A stretch of DNA of 64,000 bases from Oikopleura dioica (lineage: Eukaryota > Animalia > Chordata): positions 11,036,001 to 11,100,000 of the forward strand of contig OU015567.1 in NCBI GenBank assembly GCA_907165135.1. Reading direction: 5' to 3'. Under the pieces are notes generated by a model. That model had not been told where the DNA came from. It did no database searches and saw nothing but the letters and a program-made list of their open reading frames with translations. Position 1 is the stretch's first letter; every line of letters starts with the position of its first letter. Shown here in pieces: positions 13,178-25,702 of this stretch. The position numbers and the translations under genes were made by a program.

Positions 13178-13479
13178 TTAAGCAACGAGGATTAAACATT
13201 GCTGTCATTATAAACATATCGCCGATTTGATATCGGTCAAATTTGTCAGGTTCTCAATCAATTCGGGCTGCATTCAAAAAAGTGTGTGCAGACACGGGGA
13301 CAGCTCCGAATTTCGAGTTAGATCCCATAAAACTACCAGTATTATCGACTCAAAATAACGGTTAATGTCCGCCTAAGGTCATTTTCGATTAGAGCTCTCT
13401 AAAATCTCCTTTCTGCTCGAATGGGCTCATCCCCTTTCGCGATTTCGCTCCTCTTCAATTTAGAGTTCCCAAAGAAGAC

Positions 13480-13688
13480 GCTGATTGGCCGAGAGCCCGA
13501 ACAACGCGCGTCTGGTTTCGCGTCGTCGGGAGAGGGAAAAAAAAGAAATTTAAAAAAAGAGCGTCTTGAAAATTGAATTTATGCTGCCTTAGATTCTTGT
13601 GAGCAAAAACAGAGAGAGATAGAAATAGAAGACTTTCGCAGGAGAAAAGAACGCGAGAAAATAAGAAATTGAACAGCTTGAACTGCTG
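13480..13688 (+). promoter_or_regulatory. Probable DOT1L promoter and 5' non-coding exon
   Basis: Reverse CCAAT (GATTGG ~13484) and a CG-rich patch, then a strong donor G|GTAAGT at 13689. The next acceptor before the DOT1L ATG is TTTAG at 15317. Confidence 0.4.
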
Positions 13689-15339
13689 GTAAGTGTCTAT
13701 TTTAAAGAAAATTACATTCTATTATCGTTTGATTATAAAGTTTTACATGTAGTCTTCATTTTCAGAGTAAATCATAAATCATACAGAAAGGGAAGCTAAA
13801 TTCAAAAGATTGCAAGTTGAATACAGTTAAATTGTCGACTCAAAAAATGTTTCATTTTGCGTCATTTTGAACATCATCATTTCATACCAAACAGGTCAAG
13901 TCATTAAATCCCGCTATATCTGTCGATTCTTTCGTTGTGTTTTTTCGAAAGAAATAAACTGAAAGAAGAAGGAGCTACATAATTTAATTCGGCAGGTATC
14001 GATCGTTGATCCCTGGCGCGCGGCCCTAAATGCGGAACTTGTTTCATATTTTACAAGATGACGTCAGCCATGTGCTGAATTCAAAAATCGATCGATCAGA
14101 TGAAAGATTTCACTTATTTACTGTTAAAAATTGCTACATCAAGTCTGAGCAATTAGAGAATATTCTCAAAAAATATCTCGTGTTAGATCTTGCCTGGGCC
14201 TGTTGACATTTGTCTCAAGCACACTTGGCTTTTATCCAGAATTGATTCTTTTCACGCGAATCCTTGAATGAAAGAAAGAAAAAAACGCGGAAGAGCCATT
14301 CTATTCTTTTTTGCGCCTTCCCAGGGGAGGACTCAATTATTTTTTGCAATTATTTTATGACAGCAGTTTAACTCTGACGGTCCTCTTTGAAGACTTTTTA
14401 TTGCTACTTTTTCTGCTTTTATGGGGTCGATCTTTGACAAATCAAACTATCGAAACTTTTCGATGATGATTCTGGATCTTTTGTTTTCATTCAGGATTTA
14501 ATTTTAATTTCTCGTCGATTTTTAAGTATGCTCGTCGAAAAAGAGATGTTTATTAGTTTTACGTAATGAATCAATAAATGTATATCGACAGTTTTTTTCT
14601 TCTCCTGGCACTTCAGATCTTTGCTCTTTCAAAATCGCCTCCGACGTCTAATTACCTCCCTTTGTCTTTAGACCTTAAGGGTACCCGCTCGTAAATTTCT
14701 TGTCAAGTTTGCGTAAGCCACCGCGCTAGCTTTCGTTAGCGCGCGCATCGTAAATGGCTTCTGTTTGCCTTGCCTTTTGTCTATTTACGAACAGGGCTTG
14801 CCTCCTCACCCACTTTTCTTTCTCGTCATATTTTTCTTCTACTCTCTCTTTTTTCCTTTTTATGAAGAGGTTTACGAAGATTTTTTCATGAAACTGAACC
14901 GCTAAAACGAAAGTTTCCCTTTTTGTTAGATTCTACCGCAAAATTAGAAAAGACGAACTTGAAATCGTGCTAATCGCTTCAGAGATAATTGAACATGGAC
15001 GGCTCGAGCTGGGTGAAAACTTGTCAAAAATTATAGAGAGGGAGGCAAAGCCGCATGAATATCCATTGTTTCTGTTTTTCGCAAAGAGAACAGTTCCTGT
15101 CTTCCAATTATTTCTATTCGAGTTGATTTTTGATATTATCAGTTTAACTGAATAAGCTTTATATTCCTTATTCTTCATAAAATCTAATCATATTTTGTCA
15201 GAGCATCTGCGGATAATATATAATAATCGCGGTATTATCACAAAAACTTTTTACCATATGATATGAAACAAATTAATAACTTTTAAAATTAAGCTTCTAT
15301 GAATTCTTTTTGTTTAGATGATCGTTCGGAAAATAACAA

Positions 15340-18300
15340 ATGGAATTTCGACCCGAAGAATTCGCTGGTAAAAGCGTCAAGCTCTCATCGCCAGTCGGTC
15401 AAGGGCACCTGGAAATATGGTGGCCCCTGTCCAAGGACAAAGAGATCCTAGGAGCTCGTGTCAAAGAGCTCGAAGAAACCATCGAGATCGGTAATGTCTG
15501 ATTTCGGAATCGCAATGTTTTAAACGAAGCTTTCAGTTTTAAATGAACTGCCAGATTACAGGACATCCTTGTTGCTGACGAAGCTGCAGGAGTTTCGAGC
15601 GTACAGAACGTTCGAATCGGCGCTGACTCTCGTGAGAATGTTCAATAAGAATATCACCACACACGTCAAACTCAATCGAGGCACACAACAGTTCCACGCA
15701 CTATTGAAAAGACCTATCAAAACACAAGCGCTCGACCACGTCCTCAAACAAGTGAGTTAACAAAAAAGGCGATAAGCTTTTATCTCGGTGATCTTCGTTG
15801 ATTTCCAAAATAAAAACTTAGCATCCTAAATTTAATTTTTCAGGTTTATCGCGCTTCCGTTACCGACCCTACTCAACTGAACAAGTATCAGTCCTTTACC
15901 TCTGAAACTTATGGCGAAACCAACTTTGCCCAAATGGACAAAATCATCCAAACAATCAAATGGTCAGAAGACGACGTCTTCGTGGATCTTGGTAGTGGAA
16001 TTGGCTCGCTCGTCATGCAGGTAATAAATTGATGAAAGAGGATACAAAGTGGATAGAGAAAGTGCTTAAAGTGTTGTAATTGCCTTGATTTCATCACCTT
16101 GGCGCGTGATAATCGTACTTTGGCTTATCAAATCGTTGCATTGTTTTTCTGTCATTCAAGCCCTTCCTTGTAGGTTTCCGCGATGACACCTGTGGCTAAA
16201 TCAGTGGGCATCGAGATCCAGCCTACTCCCTGCCAGTACGCCAAGAACATGGACATCAACTTCAAGAAAATCATGAAGTGGTACGGCTACGAACACAGAA
16301 ACTACGATCTCTTCAACGGCGACTTCATCAAAAACGAGTACGTCAACACAAGGACGGAGAAACAAAGCAGCTTCAACTGGAAAGAAGAGGCCACTGTGAT
16401 TTTTGTAAACAATTACGCGTTTTCGGAGGATTTGAACTTGAAGGTGAGCTACTGATCTTGAACCTTTTTGTTTGCTTTTTACGAGTCTCTGAACTCTACG
16501 TCTTTGATCCGTTGTCAGACGAGAATGAGTCCCTTGTGAATAGAAAAACACGCCTTTTAGAAATAATTAGTCTATTGGCCACGGTCAAGTCCTCCCGTGG
16601 GACAGGGCGTTTGCGCGTCTTAATAGCTAATAAATTTATGAGCTTTCTTTTATAAGCTTACACTGATCATGGAGCTCTTGAAATCAAAGAAGAGGAATAT
16701 GCTTTTGATCGATTTCTTATTACTAATTTAGCTCCGTCGGATCTTTGGAGACATGAATATCGGTACCCAGATTATCTCGACGAAAGCATTCTGCCCCGTT
16801 GATTTCAAAATCAATGATCGCAATGCAGGGAATGATATTGGCTGCTTCATGCGAGTTCATGAAATGGACTCCATTGCCGATGGCTTCTCGTGGACGAACA
16901 ACGTCGTTCAAGTTTATAAGCACGTGATCGATCACTCTGCGCTCGCAGATTACTACGCCTCGAAGACGAAAAAAGGTAAAAAGAGAAAAACACGCGAAAC
17001 TCACTTTTCGTAAGAATTAATCGATAAATATCAATTTTGGGCTGTTATAATTAAATACTTGGGAAATAGATATCTGCTGACTAGTAACACTCTGACTCAC
17101 AGGGGCTAACTGTTTTATTTAGCGCAAGGATCCACGAATTCTGCCTCTAGCTCCACAAAAGACCGCTCGAGCTCAAGTTCTCCGATTGATTTCGAAGAAG
17201 CTGCAAAAGAACAAGTCAAGACGGAGAAGACAGACAAATCCCAAAAGAGAAGCCTCAAACAGAGACCAATGAAGAAACAAATCAAAACCACAGAGAAAAT
17301 GGAAATGCAGCGGTCCAGAGAAAACTCACCAGCTGCCAAACGAGGGCCCAAAACAGGCTCCAAGAGAGGAAGAAGTAGCATTAACTTCGACTCTGCATCG
17401 CGAGAAGCTCTGGAAATTTTTAACACCGCGCAGGTCAAGAGCTATTCGAAGAAAACGACGAAGAGGACCGACAAGTATCTGACTTTAGTGGAGAAAGAGC
17501 GAATGTCCAAAGATCGCGCCTGCATCAAAGAATTTCGCCATTTCGATGAGGTAAGCTTGATTTATGAAAATTAGTTTTTTTCAACTTGAACAGACAAAGT
17601 CCGTCTTACTGCAAAACTTCTTCAAAAAGAAGTTTGATGATACTATCAACGCCTTTTCTAACATTCCTCAGCAACTGTTGGATCGAATTGCGCTGAACGA
17701 AAAGAATAGGATAAATGCGATCAGGAGCATGCTGAAGGAAGCCAGATCAGACAGGGATCGAATCTCGAACAAGGTAATTTAAACACTGAATCTTTAATGC
17801 CGTTAGCGTGGGTAAGATCGGCCCCTGTTTTGACGTGCACGCGCGCGCCTGTTGATTTTATGACACTCTCAAGGCTCATCGCAAAGTTCAAGTTGACTCC
17901 CGCAAAGGGAAAATTCAAAGGCAGAGTAAACAGTTAAGATAATCGATTTTTTATCGAGCAACATAAAAGTATGAAAACTTCAATGAAGTTTTTAAAGAAA
18001 ATTTCCTCCAGATGGGAGGCTGCCTCAGCAGAAATTTGTTGTATAAATTTGTTGTCCATGTTGTATTGCATTGTATTCGCTAAGCAGACTTATAAAATAA
18101 ACGTAGTATGAAACGAATTGTGAACAGCACATCCGCGAAGTCAAGGACCGCAAGCGCGAGCGGGCCAGCAAGATCGAAGCCAAGGTCGCCCAAGTGAACA
18201 AGGGCAATCTCGAGCTGCTGTCGGAAATCAAGGCCAACCGCTCTGTTATCCACGCCATGAATGACAATCAACGCGTTCAGAATAATGTTCTACCCTCGCC

Positions 18301-19767
18301 TCAGCAAATCGCTGCCCGTCCGCCAGTTAATAGTAATGCTGCCACGCCAGTTGCTTATGAAACGATTATCGGAAATGGTGCCCCGAAGGGCGTTCAGCCT
18401 CGGCCTTCGATAATAATGAAACCGTATCAAAACCAGATTAGGGAAATGGTAGGTCAAAATAAAGACGTTCATCAATTAAAAAACTTCATTAGGAGCCATA
18501 CCCTACCGCTGTATCCCAACCGCAACGTGCCAAGCCGAACCCATCACCTCACTCAGTGCCCCTATCACCCCATTCAACTAAATCCTCGCCTTCTTCCGAC
18601 ATGAACCAGTCGCGAATCAACGGCCACCACATTCAGGCCCAAGGTCATCCAAGAGGTAATAAATCATATCTTTTTCAATTTCAATACTGTCCATGATTTC
18701 CATTCCTCGCTAATGAAATTTAATTAGACTCCGTCGGTCCCCCACCCGAAGCTATCAGCTCTGTAGCGTCGCACTATCCGATCCACCTTCAGCCTAATCA
18801 GCCCGCTTCGCTTCCGCCTCCACAGCAAACACAGTTACTTCCCAACGGTCAAACCGGCTCGCCGCCTAAGAACGCAAGCAAAAGGAGACGCAGTTCAGAC
18901 ATCGACAGGCCTAAAGTCGTCATAACGCCTACTTCGCACATGTCTACCTCCCCACAAGCAAAACAAATTCTCCACCAGGTAAAAATAAATCTAGCTACTA
19001 GTATCACAAAATTTAATCTCCTTCAATAGAAAATAAAGAGCATCTCTAATTTATCTTTAGATTCCTCCTTACGCTACCGGGGCCCAAGTTTTACTACCAG
19101 GTGCATTCCCACATTTGAATGGACTTACCCGTGGGCCTCGCGATCCATCTTCTCACGACCCGAAGATCTATGGCGGTCTAGGTGGAATAATCCCAAGCTC
19201 AGTGCCTCCAACGTCTGAGCAACAAAACTCGGCAGCAATGAGAGTCGGAACACTCCATTCCCAATCGGTATCCGCGCCTAGCATCGTAATAAACCAATCA
19301 AAGTAGTATCGCGCTCTACTCTCTCAGGCTTACAAGTAGCGCTTTCGCTGGTATGTCACCTGGTGAATACTTAAACGCGTATCGGATCAATTTCACTTTG
19401 AAAGTGGTCTTATGCGCGGCGCCCGGTGAATAAAATAGGAGTTAAAATGGAGAATCGAAAATGAAGCAGATTTCAATAAATCCTCATTTTTGTTTTTGAT
19501 ATTTTCAATTTAAGTACTTGACGACGGTGTATTTATTCTATGATTTAGGGGATGGCCATTCCAGCTGGGCATTATCCCGCTTCAATGATTGGGCTGCTCT
19601 CTCAATATCCAGGCCTCAATCTTCAGCACTTCGGTTTTCCGTACGGCCCTCGTCCAGGGATGCAGCGTGGATCAGCTTCAGCCAGTGCCACTGCTCATCA
19701 GGGAGTGATCCAACAATCCCCACCTATCCAAAACGCGAGCTCGAAGAAGGCCACTCCTCACAAATAG
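15340..19767 (+). CDS. DOT1L: Histone H3K79 methyltransferase DOT1-like (multi-exon)
   Basis: KLSSPVG...WWPL N-terminus; SETYGETNF; SAM-binding VFVDLGSGIG; IFVNNYAF; IISTKAFCPVDFKINDRN. Followed by a basic/coiled-coil region and a low-complexity tail. 3' exon junctions are only partly resolved. Confidence 0.95.
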
Positions 19768-20387
19768 AATAACCGTTACCGCTTACTTAAAATTTCAAAT
19801 CTAGCTTCTTTCAGCGTCAAAAGTGACCTATTTTTTCTCATTCTTATTTAATTATTCTCAAAAGGATAGTTCACAAAATAAAAATAATTAAACCACTTTA
19901 AAACTTTATCACTTTTCAAAGTTTATATCACGCTTCACTTATTGATCTCTGTGCTAGAAGACAGACTGAGTACAGTGTATAAAGCATCATCTGATGAAAT
20001 ATCACACAACTGCCTCTCTCCAGTAAAAAAAAATTATATTTAACAAAACAACCGGGAAATCGTGGACTGCCGTTTATGCTGTACCATTTATCCACCAGCT
20101 TCTTTTATCGAAAAATACAATTTTCCCGTATAATTTATTCTCTTTCGCATTCAAATTTATAAATCTTCAATATTTAGGATCTTAAAATTTAATCTAAAAA
20201 ATAAGTAACAATTTAATTATGACTAGAATAGGCGTCTAACAAAAGCTGTCAGCGTATTCTCTCTTCATTTATTTATTTCCTACGAATTGGTTTAAATTTG
20301 TTTCAATTTAATAAACTGATTCTTACCAGGGACGTTTGTGTTTTCATTCATTCGATATCACAAGAGTTTTCAACCTCCATCTCAAAA

Positions 20388-21473
20388 ATGAAAAAAAATA
20401 GAATGGAAGAAGCCATACAACTTGAATTCGTCAGGAAATATCTGTCAAAAACTAGGAGGCTGAAAACGCTTGAAGTGCTTGAGACGAACTGGAGGCCGCA
20501 GAAACGAATAAATCTCAGTTTTTCTATTCAATCTGCTCCAAAAAGAACGAAACTAGACTCAGAATCAAAAAATTTCAAGGAAGAAAAGAAGGAATTGACC
20601 AAAAAAGACCTTAAAAAGAAGTGTAAGCATATCTTGATTTCTTCGAGCCGGCATATTATATTATATACACGATCGTAATCAAATATGTATAACAACCGCT
20701 CAAGCGTTACTTGATCTCTGTCTTCAGCAATACCAAAAGAATTCAAAAGACTAGCGAAAACCGTTGGGCTTCCAAGAGAACACTGGGACTTCTTTTACGA
20801 ATACCGGAAGAACTTCAATTTCGAACTCAAAAAAGACTTCCGAATTCACTGCACTGGAAATAAGGGACACTGTAAGTTCTCCAGCAACGTCTTTGAAGGT
20901 TGTCTTGTGGCCCATATGGTCGAGAAACATGCGTTTGGGGAGTTTTCTTGTTTGAAGGAAGATTGCAAATTCGTAGCGTATTCGAAAGAGTGCTTGAAGC
21001 AGCACAGGAGCAAATTCCACGGATCTGGACGAGTTGTGCCGACAAAGGATCAACGCCACTCATGTAAATTTAAAAGCTACGGATCTTAATTTCAAATAAA
21101 TATTTCTCAAACCTTATGTTCAATAAAACTTTCGATCCCTGAGTGAAGCTGCTCTTATATGGCTGCTCGATCATCTGCCTTAGAAATTCACCACCGAGTC
21201 CACGAGAACCGCCTATTTCTCTGTCAATTCTGCAATTATACCAGCAACTGGCCTTACGACATGCGCGATCACATGCGTTATCATTTTCTAATCAAGACTT
21301 TCGAATGCGCTCAATGCAGTCTTAAATTCATCAACTTGAAAGCTCTGAACACACATAAGAAGCTTCATTCTAGCGACTTCTCCTGTACGCACTGTCATCA
21401 GTCTTTCGAATCTGTTCACAAACTCAATGTCCACGTGATTACTTGTGAGATGCGGCTTCGAAAGCTCAATTGA
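20388..21473 (+). CDS. C2H2 zinc-finger protein with LisH-like N-terminus (paralog 1)
   Basis: IQLEFVRKYLSKTRRLKTLEVLETNW, then PKEFKRLAKTVGLPREHWDFFYE, then C2H2 fingers (CQFCNYTSNWPYDMRDHMRYH, CAQCSLKFINLKALNTHKKLH). The full frame requires removal of 21077-21148. Confidence 0.8.
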
Positions 21474-21531
21474 TGCCTCGTATCAAAGCATATTGATTTA
21501 AATCCATCTTATAATTTTTAAGTTTGCTAGA

Positions 21532-22500
21532 ATGAATAATCCTCGTCCTTGCCCGGCGCGAATAAAACGTTTCCTAAGAAAATATTTGAAGGAATCTGAT
21601 AGATTAGAGACACTCGCTTGTCTTGAAGAAAATTGGAAATTAGAAAGTCCGAAGAAAAAGGTTCAACTTACTTTTTCAATAGTGAAACCTCCCAGTTCAA
21701 GAAAAATTGATATCACCACGAAGAAAAAAGTACTCAAGAAGCCAACTAAAGATAAAACTTCAGAAAGTAAGAGTTCAAAAAACTGAAGAAAAAGTTATCA
21801 AAATATTTAAGCAAAAATCCAAGTTCCAGAAGATTTCAAAAAGATCGCGAAGACCTTTGGTCTTCCTGAAGCTCACCTTGAGTTCTTCTACGAGCACCGA
21901 GAGAAATTTAACTGGGCAATCAAGAAAGACCGGAAAATTAACTGCACTGGAAACAGCGGCTATTGTACTTTTAATTCTGACGTTTTTCCTGGGTGTCTTG
22001 TCGATCACATGGTCACGGCTCATAACCATGGAGAGTTTAAATGTGATAGAATCGATTGTATGTTCGTCGGCTTTTCTGAAAAGATTTTGAACAAACATAT
22101 CGCGGTCTTTCACGGAACCGGTCGAAAAGCACCGTCCAAAGACCTCAATCTTCCCTGCAAATATCCCAGTTGCTCTCACATGGCTGTTTACAAGTCAAAC
22201 TTAGAAAAACACTATCAAGTCCATGAGAATCGATTGCCTTTCACTTGCAATTTCTGTACATACCGCGCCATTCAGCCTGAAAACTTGGCGCTGCACATGC
22301 TCTATCATTTCAAAATTCGAACGTTCGAGTGTAATCAATGCAGCTCGAAGTTTTATACTGTTGCGGAATTGAATTATCATAAACGAAAGCACAGTAGGGA
22401 CTACATGTGCCCACATTGCCATGAAAACTTTGATAAAACAGCTTCGATGAAAAAACATATCACAACCTGCGCAATACGGCTGAATAAATTTAAAGATTAA
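21532..22500 (+). CDS. C2H2 zinc-finger protein with LisH-like N-terminus (paralog 2)
   Basis: IKRFLRKYLKESDRLETLACLEENW, PEDFKKIAKTFGLPEAHLEFFYE, then a C2H2 array (CNFCTYRAIQPENLALHMLYH, CNQCSSKFYTVAELNYHKRKH). Colinear with paralog 1. Confidence 0.85.
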
Positions 22501-22612
22501 ATGGCTCATTCAGAGAAATAACTCTCATTTTTAGAGGAAAAAATTAAGAAACGCGATTGAATAATAGGACTCACATACTATTCCTCGTTTCAAGAAGAAA
22601 AGAAAAACGTTA

Positions 22613-23900
22613 ATGTATAAACACGAAGACGGAGTTGTAGTTCCTAACAGTCACAATTCGATGGCGTCTCATGCCCAAGTCAGCAATCGTCCTGCAAGAA
22701 GACCGGCGTTCTTCTGCTACCATTGCAATCAGAACTTCTCTTCCAGGAACGGTGCTATATTGAAATTTTTATAGAATTCCCTTCCGTAATTCGATCGGCT
22801 TCGAAATTAGCATCTTCTTAAAAGAGAATCACTCGAAGATCATGTTAAGCAGATTTCAAGCAGAAGCATTGGCCAAAAGCGAGCAGATAGCACAATGGCT
22901 GCTGATGAGCATCAGAACCAAGGAATTCATGTTGAGCATCACCCAGAAGAACATGATGAATACGGCCCTTCCCATGATGAGCTTACGCAAAGGCAGCGAG
23001 AACATCATCAAGAGTAGAGCCTTACTTACCTTCAAGACTTAAATATGCTCAATTCTAGCGAAATCCCGAACCCACCAAGAGCGAAACGTCAGCGTGTAAT
23101 GGTCGAACCGACGGTAGAAGAAGGCGAAATGGTCGGAAACGGTCAAGACTTCTCTGCTTCTTCGATAAAAGTCGAATCTGGATTCTTCGACCTATCAAGA
23201 GCGGAGATCGCGAAGATCAAGACGCAAAACGAGTACGCCGCGTTCACTGTTGATGGCAAGGAATGCTACCATTGTGGAGATGAGTTTACGAGTAGAAGCG
23301 ATCTGATAGCGCATCCAAGGAAATGTATGAGGATGAAGAACGCAAATTATTATGGAAAAATTATACACGGTGATGGAACACTGGAAGAAATCAATGTCAC
23401 ACAGGTACAGAACTGTAGTCATTCTTTTCTATCTCTAGATGCAGCATATGAACCAGCAATCGCCTCGAAACGGATCCCATCGCCGCCTAGCGCCTGATTC
23501 TCACGAGCAAGAACAAGAGCAAGGTGCTCTCATCATCGATCAAAACGTTGACGAAAACCTACACGAAGGACACGATGACCAGTACGAAACCGCAACGAAG
23601 GTCGAGCAGCACCAAGAAGAGTGGCAGCCAGCCGTGCAATGTCCCCTTTGTAATGAATACTTCGAAAATAAAGCCGCCGTTAAGTTGCACCGTTATCAAG
23701 TGAGAACAATATAAATGAAATTTTATTTATTCCAATTCTAGTGCGTAATGGACCGTGCATTACCCGTCAGAAAGCCGGGCCAGCCGATTAACACACAACA
23801 CAAAGGCTTCTGTTGCTTCCACTGCGACCGACTCTTTCCCACTCGCGAAGAACTGCGCATTCACGTAAACGAAGTCAATTCTCAAAATCTCCGCTACTAA
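22613..23900 (+). CDS. Protein with dispersed atypical C2HC/C2H2 zinc fingers
   Basis: Multi-exon. Contains FCYHCNQNFSSRN, CYHCGDEFTSRSDLIAHPRKC, CPLCNEYFENKAAVKLHRYQC and CFHCDRLFPTREELRIH, separated by H/Q/E-rich linkers. Confidence 0.7.
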
Positions 23901-24743
23901 ACAAAATCGAAATATAAATACCAACGAATTTAGCTTTGAATACAGTTTCAGAACACCCTAGTCCAGCTTACAACATCAAAACTTGTAGATAATATCCTTC
24001 TTTTGCAGTTTATTCTTCATACTTGACTGATACTTTTGAACAAAAAATATTGAAAAGGAATGATACTTCCGTGGCACCAGTTTGGATCTCGCAAAATTAT
24101 TAATTTTCTCCTCCCCTCCATTCCATAGTTGAATAAATAGACTTACTTAGTCTATAATTTCCACGTGACACTCAACTTTCAGCCTCATATTTTCCAAAGT
24201 AAAATTTTCGCATTCTTTTGCCTTTTTCATTTTTTTCATGGGGATCAATCGAAATATCTTTCTATCGTAGTAAATTAAAAATAAAAATTCACAATCATGA
24301 TTTCCGCAGCACTTTTAACCCTTTTCCTGGGTCTTCTTCGACTCATTTTTATACATTCTTGTCCGTGTTAATTGCTGCCGATGCTCTCCGTTCAGCCAAA
24401 ATACATTTCTCCAATGCTTTAACGCGTTTTACATAAATTTCCCTTCTGAAAAATTGGTAGCGCGTGTTCATGTTTTTCGAGAAACTCTACCCTAGCGTGT
24501 TACTCTTTTTACTGAATCCGATTAACAATAAACAACTTGCTACAAAAAGCTGCGAGAGTTTGCTGCATTCTTCTTTCTTTATTGTCACCTGATCAATATT
24601 TACCAACGAGCTCCTTTCAGAGTGTAATTCTTGAGATTGACATTTTTGAGAAACATCGATTTCGGGATCATAGAGCTTCTAGTAGAAAAATTCCTTATTA
24701 CGCAGAGCTAAGGAGCGATTCATACGAAGAAAAGAGACAGTAG

Positions 24744-25702
24744 ATGTCTAGTGTTCAATCATCTCCACACGCTGCGGGTGTTGTCGGCGGAGGAGCAGCA
24801 AGCGATGCAGGAGGCGGCGGAGGATCGGCCACAACAACTCCTTATACGACGCAGAGTCCTCCAAAGCGATTTAGTCCATATCCGATGACTTCTGCCCATC
24901 AAATTCGCGCCGGCGTCCCTCCAGGAATGATGGCTGTCGCCAACAACGGTCAAGTTATTATGGCAAACCAAGTCCAAATTGCGAATCCAGCTGCGTTGCA
25001 AGCGAGATTAGCATCGCCTTATGGGATGGTAGCGCTCGGAGGAATGGGTGGCATGGGCATGGTTGCCGCTCCACAGCCCATGATGACCGCGATGCCAATG
25101 TTAGCCACTCAGAATGGAATGGGAATGGCCATGATCAACTCAGGAAAACGGGATAATTTATGATAAGCCATGAGCTTCTCTTCTTTAGTGAAAGACTTGC
25201 TGCTAATTTGCCTATTGAAATGTATCCCCGAACAGGAATGCCACAAATGATGCAATACGTGCAGCCTCCCGCTCCTCCTTCTTCTTCCAGTGTTCAACAA
25301 GCATACATGTCTCCCGCCGTCTCCTATGCCGCGCAACAAGGTGGCGATACCACTTCATCCAGCCAGACCGTTAACAACATAACTAACCCGCCTCCTCCTC
25401 CAGCTGGTGCGCCGCCTAAAGACTCGCTATCGGACCGTGCGTCGCGTACTTCCTCGCCCTGCGTCACGAAGCAAGAATCAAAGCCTAGCACGGACCCTTA
25501 CGATTACAGCGAAGGCCTGCAAAACAGCAACAAAGAGCAACGCATCGAAATACAAAAGCTGCTCAAGGAAAACCAAAAGCTGAGAGACAAGGTGAAGAAG
25601 CTCTCGCGCGAGCACCACCAGGCGACCAAGTCGTACACGGTAAAAGATGGCAAATGCCCGTTCTGCCTTCAAGAAATGCCAACTAACAAAAGGAAAAAAT
25701 AA
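24744..25702 (+). CDS. Unknown protein: G/M/P/Q-rich low-complexity region plus C-terminal coiled coil and CPFC
   Basis: Two long ORFs join in frame across a GA-AG intron (25144-25235). Heptad-like IQKLLKENQKLRDKVKKLSRE. Confidence 0.65.
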
